DNA of 64,000 bases from Phoronis australis (GCA_002633005.1 NMRA01000334.1:124001-188000); one strand, 5' to 3'. Counted from the stretch's first letter, positions 1-13,046 are shown. Numbers and translations are program-made. The notes: generated from the letters alone by a model not told the origin.

Positions 1-172
1 GGATCTAAGATTTTGTCTTGGGAGACAAACATAGAAATGCTTGAAAACTTCCTCGACAGTCGGTAAAAGTAATCAAGCAGGGGGTCCGGACCTGCTTATT
101 CGTAAAAATGTGATCATGGCCATGTTGCAAAATAAGTTGCGAGGTCTCCACCAGGTGACCTTACTGTTTCAG

Positions 173-288
173 CCCCAGACAAATGGACAATGGTACCAAT
201 CGTGGTCAAGATTTACAAGCTGCTGATCAACGAGCTGTCCAATCAACTAGAGAGTCAGAATGCTGGTGGCGGCGACGATGACGAGGAG
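173..288 (+). CDS. IPO9: Importin-9, internal coding exon (gene starts upstream of window)
   Basis: tttcAG|..|GTaggt; translates (A)PDKWTMVPIVVKIYKLLINELSNQLESQNAGGGDDDEE, matching the importin-9 C-terminal W..IP..VKI.KL.INELSN motif. Confidence 0.9.
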
Positions 289-472
289 GTAGGTCGCTTG
301 TCATTTGGTGCTGGTATACAGTTGGGTTTGTTAATCCTTCACGAGCCATCGACCTCATTGGTCCGATTTCTTTTAAGTAGTATGAGCGTGGAAAAGTCTC
401 GAGTTTTCCCGTGGATGGAATGATAGTTCATCGCAGATTACGCCTCAGGCATGGCCATTATTTATATGTGCA

Positions 473-706
473 GATGAGTTGCCTGTATTGAGCTTGGCTG
501 GTCAGTTTCCTGGATCAGGAGATGAGTTGCCTGTATTGAGCATGGCTAGTCAATTTCCTGGATCAGGAGATGAGTTGCCTGTATTGAGCATGGCTAGTCA
601 ATTTCCTGGATCAGGAGATGAGTTGCCTGTATTGAGCTTGGCTAGTCAATTTCCTGGATCAGGAGATGAGTTGCCTGTATTGAGCGTGGCTAGTCAATTT
701 CCTGGA
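473..706 (+). repeat. 48-bp minisatellite, about 4.9 copies, in IPO9 intron
   Basis: Unit gatgagttgcctgtattgagcatggctagtcaatttcctggatcagga starts at 473, 521, 569, 617, 665. Confidence 0.97.
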
Positions 707-1326
707 ACAGAATTGTGTCAGCCAAGAATAAAACCCATAACCTTTCAATTGAGAGCAATGCAATGCACTCGTAGCTGTTCTTCATAGGCACTGCTCTAGC
801 AACAAGTATGCTACCATATGTTTTCATTATACGCATTCATAACAGGCACATATGCTGTCCTGTGAATCCTATATGTATTTCACTGGCCAGGGGTATTTTC
901 TGAATATTTGTTGTTTTACTCGTAATATAAGCCTGTGGTCTTCTCGTCTTGGTAATTTGCATTGTGGCGTGAGCAAACTTCGAGGGTGCAACAATCTGAA
1001 CCACAAATGTCTGATGAAGTTTAGGGAAAACATGGTATGAGTGAACACCCTGAAAGACAATATGCAGCACTGCTATACTGTACCCAAACAGCTAACCTGT
1101 ATTTTATAATCTTAGACATTACTTACTAACACTTTGGTCATGACTGATAGGCCTTATATCCGAATTAACACAAGTATAAGGTTGCGGCCTTATATCCTAG
1201 GTCATTTGCATCAAGTGATCTCAAATAAAGGCATTAAAGCCATAGCCATATCTTCCAGGTAATACGTCAGTTATGGTTATGATTATAGCCTGTTGATATC
1301 ACATGGTGTGTCACGTGTCTCGACAG

Positions 1327-1426
1327 GTTGAGGAGGAGTGGGAAGATGCAGACGACCTGGACGAGGACGGGCGCACTGATGGCCAGACTCTCCAGGACCT
1401 ACTTATGTCTGGGGCCGGTAACTTGG
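1327..1426 (+). CDS. IPO9: Importin-9 coding exon (acidic loop)
   Basis: acAG|..|GTaagg; VEEEWEDADDLDEDGRTDGQTLQDLLMSGAGNL; phase 0 to 1 fits neighbours. Confidence 0.88.
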
Positions 1427-2213
1427 GTAAGGACATCTGCGCGGTGCAGTCGAATGGTGTACCTAGTTCATAACATTCTCTTTGTCATAACGTTCCATTG
1501 TATGAGAATCGCGACAATTTCACTAGCACTGTACACTACATGCGTAATCACTAAACGAAGTGGCATAATATTCCCCGTCTTGCTGGCTATAAACAACACC
1601 TATACTGCAGTGACCGACAATGACCTTTTTTCACATTTTTGATTCTGGACCGTTTATGCCTTTTCTAAATTTCTATTGGACTCTTTTTCAGTCGCGGCGG
1701 AAGGCTATCTTGATGTTGAATTTTACTTGTACCCTGTGTTGGCATTGGTCACCCTTTCTGAACAGTTTTGGTGTATGCACTGTATATGATTGATTTTGCG
1801 TCGTTCAATTTTGATTGCTCTTCCGGTGTAAAAATTGTACTGGGAAAGCTGTAATGTGGTTGAGCTGAACAGGAGTTTGTTTCTAGAAGAGTTTGTAGTA
1901 AAAGTTGACTATTTAACTTTTTAGCTTTGACTTTTTGTCTGCTTCCTAGCAGGCTGCAGATTTCCGTTTTTGGCATTGATTTGTTGACAAATTACCTGAT
2001 TTTTACCCTTAGCCCGATTTTGTGAAGCAGATGTTATAGCTTTGCAATTGTAATATTCCATTTTTGGGCAAGAACCATAAAGTAAAAGTGCATATTTATT
2101 TTAAAAATTGTGTATCAGAGTCTTCTTTATTTGCCCTGAAGTAGTGTGGAGCCTATGTTAGAATTGATGGCCATGTGTATTCTGACTGGTGTATTGTTGA
2201 CCTTGACCTGTAG

Positions 2214-2293
2214 GTTACGATCTGGACACAATAGATGACACAGAAGACGACCCTGATGCTGTAAATGACCCCATTAATAACATCAACTTACAG
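2214..2293 (+). CDS. IPO9: Importin-9 coding exon
   Basis: tAG|..|GTaagt; GYDLDTIDDTEDDPDAVNDPINNINLQ matches conserved DDPDA..DP...I.LQ. Confidence 0.92.
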
Positions 2294-2944
2294 GTAAGTG
2301 CCAGACTCACCTTGTTGTTGTGCTTGTGAAAATCTGACTACTTAAAGTGCCACCCTCTGTTGCCCTTTTTTACACAGAGATAAGAAAGCCTACTACAGAT
2401 CTGGCTTCAATTACGGCAGTTTGAGCAGCATGTTTTACTGACCCTCGTGAAATGATTAGTGATTAGACTTCGTTAAGCACTACAGCAAGCGCTTGCAAGT
2501 TCACATAAAGATTGCATTGTTCACAGCTACCAGTTTTTCTTTGGGGAATTTTTATCCTCGTTGGCTTTTACATGAAGTAAGAGTTAACAGTAAACATTCT
2601 TGCATTTGGGGATTTGGGGCGGTTGCTACTGAAATTTCAGTTTTGTGCTTTTTAAGGCTTGCCTTATTGCTGGAGATAGTCATAACTTTAGCAAAATGTT
2701 TTTTGATAACTCTTGTTCAGCAGTTTTCAAAATTGTTTGACTTTTGATTCTGGTTTCGTCTAAGTCTTCGCGATAACGCAAAAGGAAACGAGACCAAAAA
2801 TGATACTAGGTTATTTAAAAGTTTTTCGAAAATTTTTGCTTCATAAGTTTGACGAATCCAACAATAAAATATAATCAACTTTTAGAAATTAAAACTGCTT
2901 GTCACAGAAAGGGTGTGTGTCTGATGTGATGTCATCTTTTGCAG

Positions 2945-3061
2945 GCTTTCTTGCTGGAGTTCCTCAAGTGGCTGTCTGAACAGCCGCGCTATCCCGAACT
3001 GCGCGAGCACCACAATGAGGCTGAGAAGACCGTTCTGAGGACAATTGGCATCAACGTTTAG
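2945..3061 (+). CDS. IPO9: Importin-9 last coding exon
   Basis: gcAG|AFLLEFLKWLSEQPRYPELREHHNEAEKTVLRTIGINV*; matches importin-9 C-terminus (E..VL.TIGI). Confidence 0.92.
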   Translation, partial: AFLLEFLKWLSEQPRYPELREHHNEAEKTVLRTIGINV

Positions 3062-4556
3062 GGAGCAGTCGTGTCGCTTGATGCAAGTGGCTGAGTCAAC
3101 AGCTATCTAGTGTTGTGGCAGAAAGCTTGTTTGTGTTAGAAGATGTATGCCATTGTACAAGCCGATTTCAATTATGTGTTTAAAGACAGGCCCTTTCTTG
3201 ATAGCAGACTCATCCTGCTTTTCTTTCAGATGGGATGTTGTTCATGCAGACGTGTCCCATTTGGCTACCAGAGGTGTCCTGTTTTTTCAATAGACATGTC
3301 CAGTTTTATGAGCAGTCATGTTCCATTTTACTAACAGACACATCTAGGTTTTGTACCTGATGCGTCGTGTGTTGCTAGTTTTTCTTACATATTGTGTTTT
3401 ACTAGCTAACAAGTCTTAATTGGGTGAACAGACATTTTGCATTTGCACCAGTGGAAGAGTAGCAGTCGCTGGGTCTGCTAACGAGTGTTGCTTTTTGTAA
3501 AGACACGTCCTGTTGTCCTTGCATACAGGTAACTGTTTAAGTCTGGCTGAGACCTAATTCAGAGGCAGAGGAACTATAAAGGTTTCTGAATTAGAGCCAC
3601 ATCCTCTGTTACTAAATGAGACCAGTTTGGACATTTATTTGAACAATGTGGTGATTTGTTAGGAGATGGTACCTGCCTTCCTAACAGGCGTGTCATGATT
3701 TGTTACCTGACTTGTTAGAGTTTGCTAGCTGACTTGTCAGTGGTGTGTCTGGAGTCATGTCCTATTTCGTTTGGAGACGCTTCCTGTTTTGCTTGCAAGT
3801 GTGTTGTTTTTGTGAGCAGAAGTTTAGTGCCATGTCAAGTGTCATGTCATGTCATGTCCTCTTTCTTGCAGCCGTGTCCTGTTATGCTCTCAGGTGTGCT
3901 ATGTTTTTTTCTTTTTGCTAATAGGTCATTTTCCTCCAACAGACATTTCATTGGCCAGAGGGTTCTTTTATTCTGTGAATAGTCTGTACTCCATTGGGTC
4001 TGGATTGCATTAAACATGGAAACATAATCCTATGGACCAGATTGGTTGTTCAAGCAATCCCATTAACACTGGTCACATATTTGTGAACACGGCTCGAGGT
4101 CCTGTTTACTGAGTTCATTGATTCGCAAACTTGTGCTCACACTCACAAAACTGACTGATGCACCCCAAATCCACAGCTAATGAACTCGCGTCCACCAAGG
4201 AACACATCAGTAAGATGCTAAGAGTACCAGTCATGTTTGCGGACTGTGAACCATGTTTAGTGAATGCGAGTCGGTGAGATGTGCTTTTTAGGTGCATAAG
4301 CCGTACTCAGTGTGGGCACGCGTTGGTCAGTCAATGAGTCGAGTTTCATAAGTTGTTTTTCTAAAGTGCTTAGCTATGTTCATAGGAGCGTGCACCATGT
4401 TACTTGTGTAGCCTGTTGTGTCTGGTAAGAAATGTTGTAACAATGGCAACGTTATCCATGAGGGTATGTGCTCATCATCCAGGCCCGAGAGTCTGTTTCG
4501 TGGAATGTGACTCGAGACTAACGGCACAAATTTGGTCTGAGGCTCCCATTTCGCAA

Positions 4557-4729
4557 TTGACCTATCGCGCGCTCCGCCCTTTGCAAAAAGTCGACAAACA
4601 AACAAGAAGTTTTACCTGGCAACATGTTGTTTGTCGCTTAAAATGGCGGCATGGAAACGAAGGTGTGTCAAGAATGCTGCTTTTTGATTGGTCAGTTAAG
4701 CCGTCAATCAAAATCCTGGCGATAGGTCA
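4557..4729. mobile_element. Possible small MITE in IPO9 3' region
   Basis: Inverted 12-mers ttgacctatcgc (4557-4568) and gcgataggtcaa (4718-4729). Confidence 0.4.
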
Positions 4730-6697
4730 AATACTGAATAGACATTTAGTTGTGTAATTATTAGCATGTCACAGCCCAGAAATAATTCATATAAATTAGT
4801 CAGTAACTAGAAATCATAGATATATTTTTAGATACTTTGTACTTTGTGTTAAAGTGAGATTTTTAATTATTTTTCAAAAATAGCTGTCCGGAGTGGGAGA
4901 CCAAATTCCTGACTTAAATCTAAGTCACTTGTCATGAAAGAGACCGGCTGCATGAAACAGTCCCAACCGAGTTCCCTAAATCTACTGCGTATATGTGGGC
5001 TTGTGAAAACATTGATTGTCCTCTCCTGTGCTCTTTGAGTCTCATTACCAAGTCAATTTTGATTTTGATACAAATCGAGAGTAAACTATTTCTTGAATTC
5101 TCAGTATTGTGAAAATAAGTAAGGATCTTTTCATGCTAGGCCCCCTTAAGGACTGAGTCCCTAATTATTATGTAAGTATCAGAAATTGTTATTAGTCAAA
5201 GAGGAGCTCATAATAAAGATAAAATTGTAGAAAAATATAACATCTGTGAGTGAAAAACAAAACAAATACACATAAGATTTAGGGAACTTAGTTGAGTCCC
5301 AATTTGGGACTTTCATGCAACTGGGCACAGGTGTCTTAAACTGCTTGAAGCCTTGTTTACCTTGATGCACTATTTGTATATTGTTAACAACACAGAATTG
5401 AGTTTTGGCTGCTTGACTTGACTTGAAGATGTTTTTGATCAATTTTTTTAACTTTCTACTGTCCATGAGTAGATCAAGTTGGTGCTTGGATGCATGTGCA
5501 CTCCTATTAAGAATCAAAGCTCCCTCAATGGATAACCTTGCCATGTCTTGGAAAACTAAGATTTGAGGGCTCTCTTTTCCTTCCTTGGGTCCGCCTGTTC
5601 TCTTAGTGCTGTGTTTTACTTAGAATGAATGGAATTTTATGAGACAGTAAAAAGTTTGAAGTCTTTTTAGATTTTTTAAAGTGTCATGCTCCATTACCTG
5701 GTGTAAGATGCCTCTTATTTTCAGAAGCATGAAAAAATGACCGAAAGTGCAAGTTTGGGAATTACAAATATGCATTCGATACTGCACAATCATGGAATGA
5801 CGATGGGTAACTTGGAATTCAGTAGATGGTGCCATGTGTATAAATGCTTGCATTCATGTTCAGCAGGAGTACCACCTTGTTGGTTATTCGTGCTGTGTAG
5901 GAATGCCACCTTCTCTGTTTTTAGGTAAAATATGGTGCTTTCTTTCTTAGCGCCATCTAGTGAGTGCCATGTTGTTCATTAAACTTATTCACTTGCGTAG
6001 CTTTCTTTTTTGTGTTAATAAAAGATAGTTTGTTTCATTGGTAATCTGTTTGGGTGAGAGCGTCGAGTCTCAAGCTACATTTGAAGAATGACAAGTTTTG
6101 AGGAGGGTTGTAAAAGACGATCATATAATGCGGGGACGCCCCAAAATCAGGAATTTCATAGAAATCAAGCCCTGGCTTGAGAGTGGATGGGCTGGCCTTT
6201 TTGTGGAAATTTGTTGCAATTGACAGATTTGTTTTTATTCACCCAGTAAGTTTGATTCTCTGTTATAGTAGATCTGTATTTTGTCACTGATGTATACATT
6301 GCAGTAAAGGTAAGCTGGCACCCGCGCATCCAATTGTAATTGTACCAAGTTTTTCTAAATTTTAATTTTTCAGTTAAATTATTTTATCTAATTAGTTTAG
6401 CTACTGGTTCAAAACCAACCTAGTGCAAACATTGCCTAAAATAACTGACTTGTAAAATCTCTTGGCAATCGATTTTTAAATAGGTGTAGAATTGCACTTG
6501 GAGTTGAGTAATAGAAACATGCTGATGATGGTTTTACTCTGTGTGGTCAGTTGTTTTTGTTTTTATTTTTGGAGCACAAATTCTGGAAATGTTTAGCATC
6601 CTTTTAGAACTTCCTGAATATAATTACTTTTGTCTAGAGATAGTTGATGTTTGATCAACCTATGGAAAGTACCAATTGATGGAAAGTATTGTAATAC

Positions 6698-6703
6698 AAT
6701 AAA
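6698..6703 (+). promoter_or_regulatory. Candidate IPO9 polyadenylation signal
   Basis: AATAAA followed by GT/T-rich tract (ttcgtgtgttatggtttcttgtcactttttt); another AATAAA at 6017-6022. Confidence 0.45.
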
Positions 6704-8942
6704 ATATCAATTCGTGTGTTATGGTTTCTTGTCACTTTTTATTAATATTTGATGGGACCTCCTTATATGGGAAATTATCCAGGCTTGCGGCTATTTCTGA
6801 AGCACCTGTTGTCAGCAGCGTTGATGTGTTTTGAATTATAACTTGACTAATTAAGCTAACGAGAATGGATTAAACACAACCGAAAAACACCCAGTTTATG
6901 AAATGCAAGTACAGCAGGAATGGCCCCTTGGGTCAAGACGTGAAGTTCAGTGGCACGTGTCTGAAACTGGAGCTAAATAAATTTAGATTTAAGAGCATTA
7001 TTTTGGGCATAGGCCTAGTCGCCTATAGGGAATTACGTACTGGTTTGAGGACTGGAGTGCTATCATCTGCTTTTTTATTGAAAGGGCAGTGAACGATCCC
7101 AGCGAAATTGCTCGGCGGATATCTGGATGCCTGAGCGCGTGATTTTGGAAAGGACATAATTTCAATATATGTATCAGCGTATACAAGACGTACGTAATTC
7201 GTTATTTATTTATTCATGATTCTTATGCACTGCTTTACAAAAAAACTCCAGTTCGTCCCCTTTAGCTGGCTGAAATATTGAATTGGACAATTTGCTCTCG
7301 TTAAATTGGTATTAAAGTATTCTCTACCGTTACATTTCCGAATTCGAAAATGGCGCATGTGCAGAACCATGCATTGCCTACGGTGACTACATAGGGACCA
7401 CCGGTTCATCATCAGCACCAACTAGCGATGAGCGTCGTAATGTTTTTAAGTGCTTCTGTAATTCAGAATTCAACATTAACAACAAAAGAGCGCGATAATG
7501 ACCCTTTATTATTGGCACGATCAATCGTAGTCGTAATCTTTTCAGGAGGTAGAAGTTGGACGAAGAAATGAAAATTCAAGTACTACAGCCGATGGGTTTC
7601 AAACACTGGTCTTCTGGGCCGCCGCGCTCCGGCATGGAGGTACGCCAAAACGAAGAAAATGTTTCGTATTGACACGTGCCGGATTGTCCATAAGCTGTAC
7701 TAAGCTACACGTACAGCTTAGGGCCCCGCGCAAAACAGGGCCCCACATTTTTTGTTTGGAACTTGTAAGTGAAACGTTGCGCCAAAGAAGTCGAGAAAAG
7801 CACTGTCGCTTCATTGTAGGATTTTCTATTTATTTGTTTTAGTGAGCTTTGTAGCTGTGTAAATTCATGCGCGCACCCAGGGGGGCGGGGGGAACGGGGG
7901 GGGGGGGGCGAACGAGCTCCCCATTTGGNCATGGTTTTTAGTTTGCAAATCACTCCAACTGCACACACTATCCAGCCCCCTCAAGACAAGCCTGACCACA
8001 AGCTATCCCATGAGCCTTCGCGCAGGAAGTAACTCGCACATGCGCAATGCGTAGTTCGTTTGCGCTGCAAATCCGCTATTCGCTCACTACTGATGGACGC
8101 TAACATTCAGTAATGGGCGAATCTCACAAGTGATACACACAAGTGAGAAGCTTTTAACAGAACACGTTGCCAGTTAGTACTGAATCTTAACTTGAAAGTG
8201 TAGCCGGCTCTACAATAGTTCAGGAACTTGGTTTGTACCGACGTTTGACGGTATAGGCCGCTTGTTGTCAAGAATGTAAGCAAACGTTGAATAACTTCAT
8301 AGGCGGATTTAGGGGGGGGGGNGGCTGCCGCAAAAAAATAAAACAGCAAGAGCGTAGGAAAATGTTGAGTTTATTAATTAACCCCGGTAATTAAAATTAT
8401 ACGGATGAAACATGATTAAATGTGTGCAATTTTAGTGTTTGGGGGGAGGGGGGCTTAGATCCAATTTTAAGTGTCAAATTCGGAACACGGCGCATTCGTA
8501 ACAGAACTATGGCTAAGCCTCTCCCGCGATATCCCAGGCGACCGGCAGTGGCGCTGCGCACTACGACTCCGTTTCCGTCGTCTGCTCCACTGTGCAACGA
8601 AGAAAATTTATTTCATTTTTTAAAGAAAATGAAAAAACAGAAACTGCTGGTAAGATGTGAATTTTAATCGTGAATTGGTGAATCAATCTGAAACTCATAA
8701 TTCTCTCTTTGTCAAACCTTAACTTAAAACGATTTCCAAAGCAATCCCGTCATTATTGCCAACACGAAAAACGGATTTGGTTTTTGGGCATTTGAAGACT
8801 GTTTTAAATACAACAAATTTGTGAAGAACCGATTGCAAAAAATATAAAACGTGTAATAAGAATAACAAAAAGAAGTAGGTTTCGCGCGCAAACGCTGTGG
8901 ACCATAAACAAGTATGTCTCGTAGCACGACATAAGTAGTTAA

Positions 8943-9012
8943 GTCGTAGTGGTGTAGTGGTAAAGCACGCGCGCTCTAACCGCCAGGTCGTGAGTTCGAG
9001 TCTGTGGTATAC
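8943..9012 (+). mobile_element. tRNA-derived SINE head / tRNA pseudogene
   Basis: A-box-like tggtgtagtggta and B-box gttcgagtc at tRNA spacing; no intact acceptor or anticodon stems. Confidence 0.6.
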
Positions 9013-9883
9013 ACGGTTTCTCCTGTTTGACACATTCTCCTTGTTTTATTTTTGCCTTTTTTTTCTTTGATAATACTTCACTGAGGAATCAAGGAAAATG
9101 CTTGATTTTTAGAGGAAAAAAAAATTCCTGGGCGGGAGGGGGGTTTGTCCTCCTCCCGGCCTCCCCCCATTCGGTGCTATGCGCATCTACAATCGTGGTT
9201 TGCGCAAATGCTTAGAGACGGACAAAATGTTGGGCCCCCTCGTGATATCCTAGATCCGCCACTGAACTTTGTCTTCATGCTACATTTTTGTGGCGCCGGC
9301 TGAGTTCAATTGAGTTCCACAAAACCTGACGTCACTGTTGGCTGGGTGCAATTCACTTTTTTGAATTCAGATCTGTTTTGATGAGCTTGAAAAGGAAGCT
9401 AAATCTAAATTTCCTTAGTATAAATAATAAAGCTGCAGCGAAACGATCGGACATGAAAATCTGAAGCCAGCACCGGGTTCGAAGAAGCCGGAGCCGCTCA
9501 GTGCACTCTACCAAGTTTTCCGCCGTAACTTGAAATCAAAAAACTGACAGAACTTCGCAAAACCCCTACTCGCACCCACTCGCCCCCACCCGCCAACAAT
9601 TGGACCACTGCTGTGCCTCCGAAAGCATTTTTTTTTCTCAAAAAAGCGAGTTACGCCTGTCTCTATTTTTAGAGTTCCTTTGCGGATTTTCATTTAATTT
9701 TGCCTGACAGGTGTTCTTAGAGAGAACACGACGCCTTGCTTAGCTTCAGTCAATGTATTCTGTGCCATTTAATGACCATTTTTACGATATTAAAACACTA
9801 ATGAAATTGCATTGCAGTCCGTCGTGGGTGCATTTCAACAATCCATGTAGCTCTTGTTTACAGGGAGCGGGTTCAGTGAAACC

Positions 9884-10041
9884 TGCCTCCCGTTCAGTAA
9901 CGAGGCTAGGACCTCGCTAAAATACAAGACCTCGCGAGATTACGTGAGATATTACCGTGCAATTTAGATGAGAGCACGTGACTTTGACTAGGTTTTAGCT
10001 AGGTCCTAGCGTAGATAGTAGCGTCTACTGAACGCACGCCT
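9884..10041. mobile_element. Fold-back MITE, PIF/Harbinger-like ends
   Basis: cgttcagta..gctaggacct.gctaaaa mirrored by ttttagctaggtcctagc..tactgaacg. Confidence 0.6.
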
Positions 10042-10197
10042 GGTTCCAAATATCCAAGGCACCCCACTGTGTCGAGCTGGGTTAACCCAATAAAGAAAGC
10101 ATTGAAGCGCTCAATGGAACTGCATGTGATCACGTGCGGGTTTCAATGACAGCACTGCAGACCGTTTCATTTTGCTGGTGGGCCTGTCATCAATAAA

Positions 10198-10435
10198 ATG
10201 AGAAGAAAAAGGTCAAACACTTTTCTCCTGAGGAAAAGGTTTCCCTACAGAACTGATTACAGAAAAAATTAATGTCATAGATGGAGAGCAAGAAAAGTGA
10301 CGTCAACTGAAAACGTCAACGGGGAGCAACAGGCTTTTGGAGCTGAGGGACAGTGGGTCCAGTCTGGCTAACAGTACAGTTCCCGCAATCAAAAAAAAAA
10401 AAAAACAGTTAAAGGACATTTGGAAACTGAGTAGA
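10198..10435 (+). pseudogene. Frameshifted Myb/SANT (MSANTD/Harbinger ORF1-like) relic
   Basis: Read across frameshifts: MRRKRS.HFSPEEKVS / TELITEKINVI / ESKKSDVN ... QLKDIWK, resembling Myb_DNA-bind_5 (NFS.EE..LL.LI......E.KK.D...QLK..W). Confidence 0.5.
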
Positions 10436-10769
10436 ACGAGGGAAGTGATGTGGTCTTCCGAGGAGATGAGATCGCAGAAATAGTTTTAATTATGATGATC
10501 GAAGGTATTTTTGAGAGCGATGGAGTCCGTCGCGCTAACCAGCGGATAAAGAGAAGCANAAAAAAAAAAAAAAAAAAAAACAGTTAAAGGACATTTGGAA
10601 ACTGAGTAGAACGAGGGAAGTGATGTGGTCTTCCGAGGAGATGCATCTCCTCGGAAGACCACATCACTTCCCTCATGAGATCGCAGAAATAGTTTTAATT
10701 ATGATGATGATCGAAGGTATTTTTGAGAGCGATGGAGTCCGTCGCGCTAACCAGCGGATAAAGAGAAGC
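10391..10769 (+). repeat. Local direct duplication (about 170 and 210 bp) around a poly-A run and an N; copy 2 holds a perfect 62-bp palindrome (10613-10674)
   Basis: 10391-10558 is near-identical to 10561-10769 apart from a 34-bp inverted insert and one extra atg. Confidence 0.9.
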
Positions 10770-12774
10770 ATATTGTCCAACTATAAGCTATCACTAATGG
10801 TAACAGCGTTTTTGATATCTGAACACCTTGATCATTTACGAAATGAACGATTTGACCATTTTATCGATACCGTACGTTCTACCGGACTTGACCCCGAAAT
10901 CCGATAGATTAATAACAGTGGCAAAAACAAAAATCAATTCTGTTGGTTTTCTGTTCTCAGAAAATATTTGTTTTTATGAGTTAAATATTTATAGTTTTCT
11001 CGACACTTTTCTAAATGCACAGACTTGTCGACTCAAAGGGGTCCTTCATAATGTTCGATCCCGGAGTGTAAAATTTTCGGATTGCTACAGATGGCGCTGT
11101 ATGCAACACATCACATTCTGAGAAGGCCATGGCTGCAAGTCCACTTCATGATGGCAGCGCCCCGAGAGCTGCGTGTCATTTTTGAAGTACAGGTAATGGT
11201 AAAATGGTTCGCTTTTGTAATACACTTAATGCTGGCACTTACAGGTGTCACTTGTGTCAAAACCAAGAACTGTATAAGAGAAATGATGGTCTCATCATGT
11301 CACTAGACGCTGTCCTAATGTAATCTCCTTTGGGTTCGAGGGACTCAAATTTCTGTTGGAAACGTCTTGAGAAAACGCCAGATACTTGATATTACTATTT
11401 TCTGAATCCTCTCGTCACGGTTATTCCAGAGAACGAAGGGGGGGGGGCACAAACCTACACCCTTCCTTTCCCTCCCCGTTCTCTGGATGTCACCATTTGT
11501 ACCACTAAGCCTAAGGCTGGGTGTGAGTGCACATGCCGTGTGTGCAGCAAGCAAACGATTCAGTTTTGAAGAACAAAACTTCATTGCGAAATATTACTGG
11601 AAACTAAAAACATCAAGGAAGTGCAAAGAGAACCTTTCCAAGTTGATGACTAATGAGTTAGATTTTAGTTATTTAAGAACTTAAACTTCATTTTTTGACC
11701 TATGGTTTGTATACTTCAACCAAGTAATTCATAAGCCAATAAACAATTTATTGTCATTTGAATTGTGAGAGCATTTTGGGACACTTCGTAGAATTGTCTG
11801 AAATTCATTAATTTCCTTGAGACTTATTTCAGATAGACAAAAATACTTTACCGTACTTTTATATTTGGGGATCTGATGATAGATCGAATTTTCCCAATGT
11901 CAGCTTGCAACTAAGTTCATTGAAGCATTGTCATTTCTTTCAAGATTAGCTTCTAATTGTCAAAAAAGAATCTCTCAATCAGTCCATTTTTGTAGATACA
12001 AAGTAAACATGTAAATCAGAAACAACAATCAAATCCATGAGCAATGCGTTTAGCTTGATTTAATGGCTTAATTCCTTTTTGATCCTCTGTTAGTAAGTTC
12101 AAAAAGTAATGTATTTAAGACATTTAAATTGTGAGTAAATTTTTGGGAAGTGTCCAAATTTCATCAATGTCTGAGAGTTATTTTAGGCAAAAAAACGTCC
12201 AAATACACTTCACTATTTGATTATAGAATTTTTCCATACTCAGGCGTCAACTGAATTCCCCGAATCGTCATCATGTCGTTAAAGATTAGCTTCTAATTGC
12301 CAAAAACCATCTATTGACCTGTTGGTTTTCGTAGATACATAAACATGTAAAGCAGAAAACAACGAATTTGTTGATCAAAACGGAATGTCTTAAGCAATTT
12401 CCATAGCCTGTGCTTGCAGATTTTTGGCTGGTAACCAGGGGGAATGTGAGATTGGTTATTCATAGTAAGTTGTATTTTTGCTCATTTCCGAGGTACCTAT
12501 AACAGTTCACGAGTTCAATTTCACCTTAAAAATGCTGAAATATTTGTTTATTATTGGGAGTATTTGAGTACACTCGTTCAACATGTACATGGTCACTCCA
12601 ATGGTAATCTCGACAGCAGTGTTTTCCTTACAAACAACTCATAGTAACCATTTTCAAAAGAGATACTATTCTGGGAAACTGTAACATTATTCTAGGGGTG
12701 CAAAATGAAATTCCCAAGCACATACAACTCTTACTTTTTAGGTTGGTACATTTCAGCACTCACCACCGACTAAA

Positions 12775-13046
12775 ATGCCCCAGTTCTTGCCTTCGTCTGC
12801 CGCAACTAACATGACTGCTGCTGAGAAAATGGCCAACATAGACAGTGGTGATGATCAAAGCCCTTGTAAAAGGAAGCCAAGGTCTCTTCTACCACCATTA
12901 GAGAAGAAGAGGAGAAAAGCTGAACGAAACAGGAGAACAAATATCTCCAGAATATGCATCGGAGATGAAATTTGGCGGTGGACTGTCCTGCGAAAGGAGA
13001 TGAACATCGCAAGTAACGCTGAGCTTGCTCGTGTTTTACTAGACAG
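12775..13046 (+). CDS. First coding exon of a C2H2 zinc-finger gene, ZNF653/ZNF692-like N-terminal domain
   Basis: KKRRKAERNRRTNISRICIGDEIWRWTVLRKEMNIASNAELARVLLDR matches the R..R...RI.(I/L)G.....W..L+......S...LA..LLDR domain; donor AG|GTAAGT at 13046/7, phase 2. Confidence 0.75.

Noticed and set aside
473-706. CRISPR-like repeat array
   Set aside because: Units are contiguous with no unique spacers, there are no cas genes, and it lies in a eukaryotic intron; it is a minisatellite. The same applies to 27966-28128 and 35807-35957.
8943-9012. Functional tRNA gene
   Set aside because: Only A and B boxes survive; I could not fold a cloverleaf.
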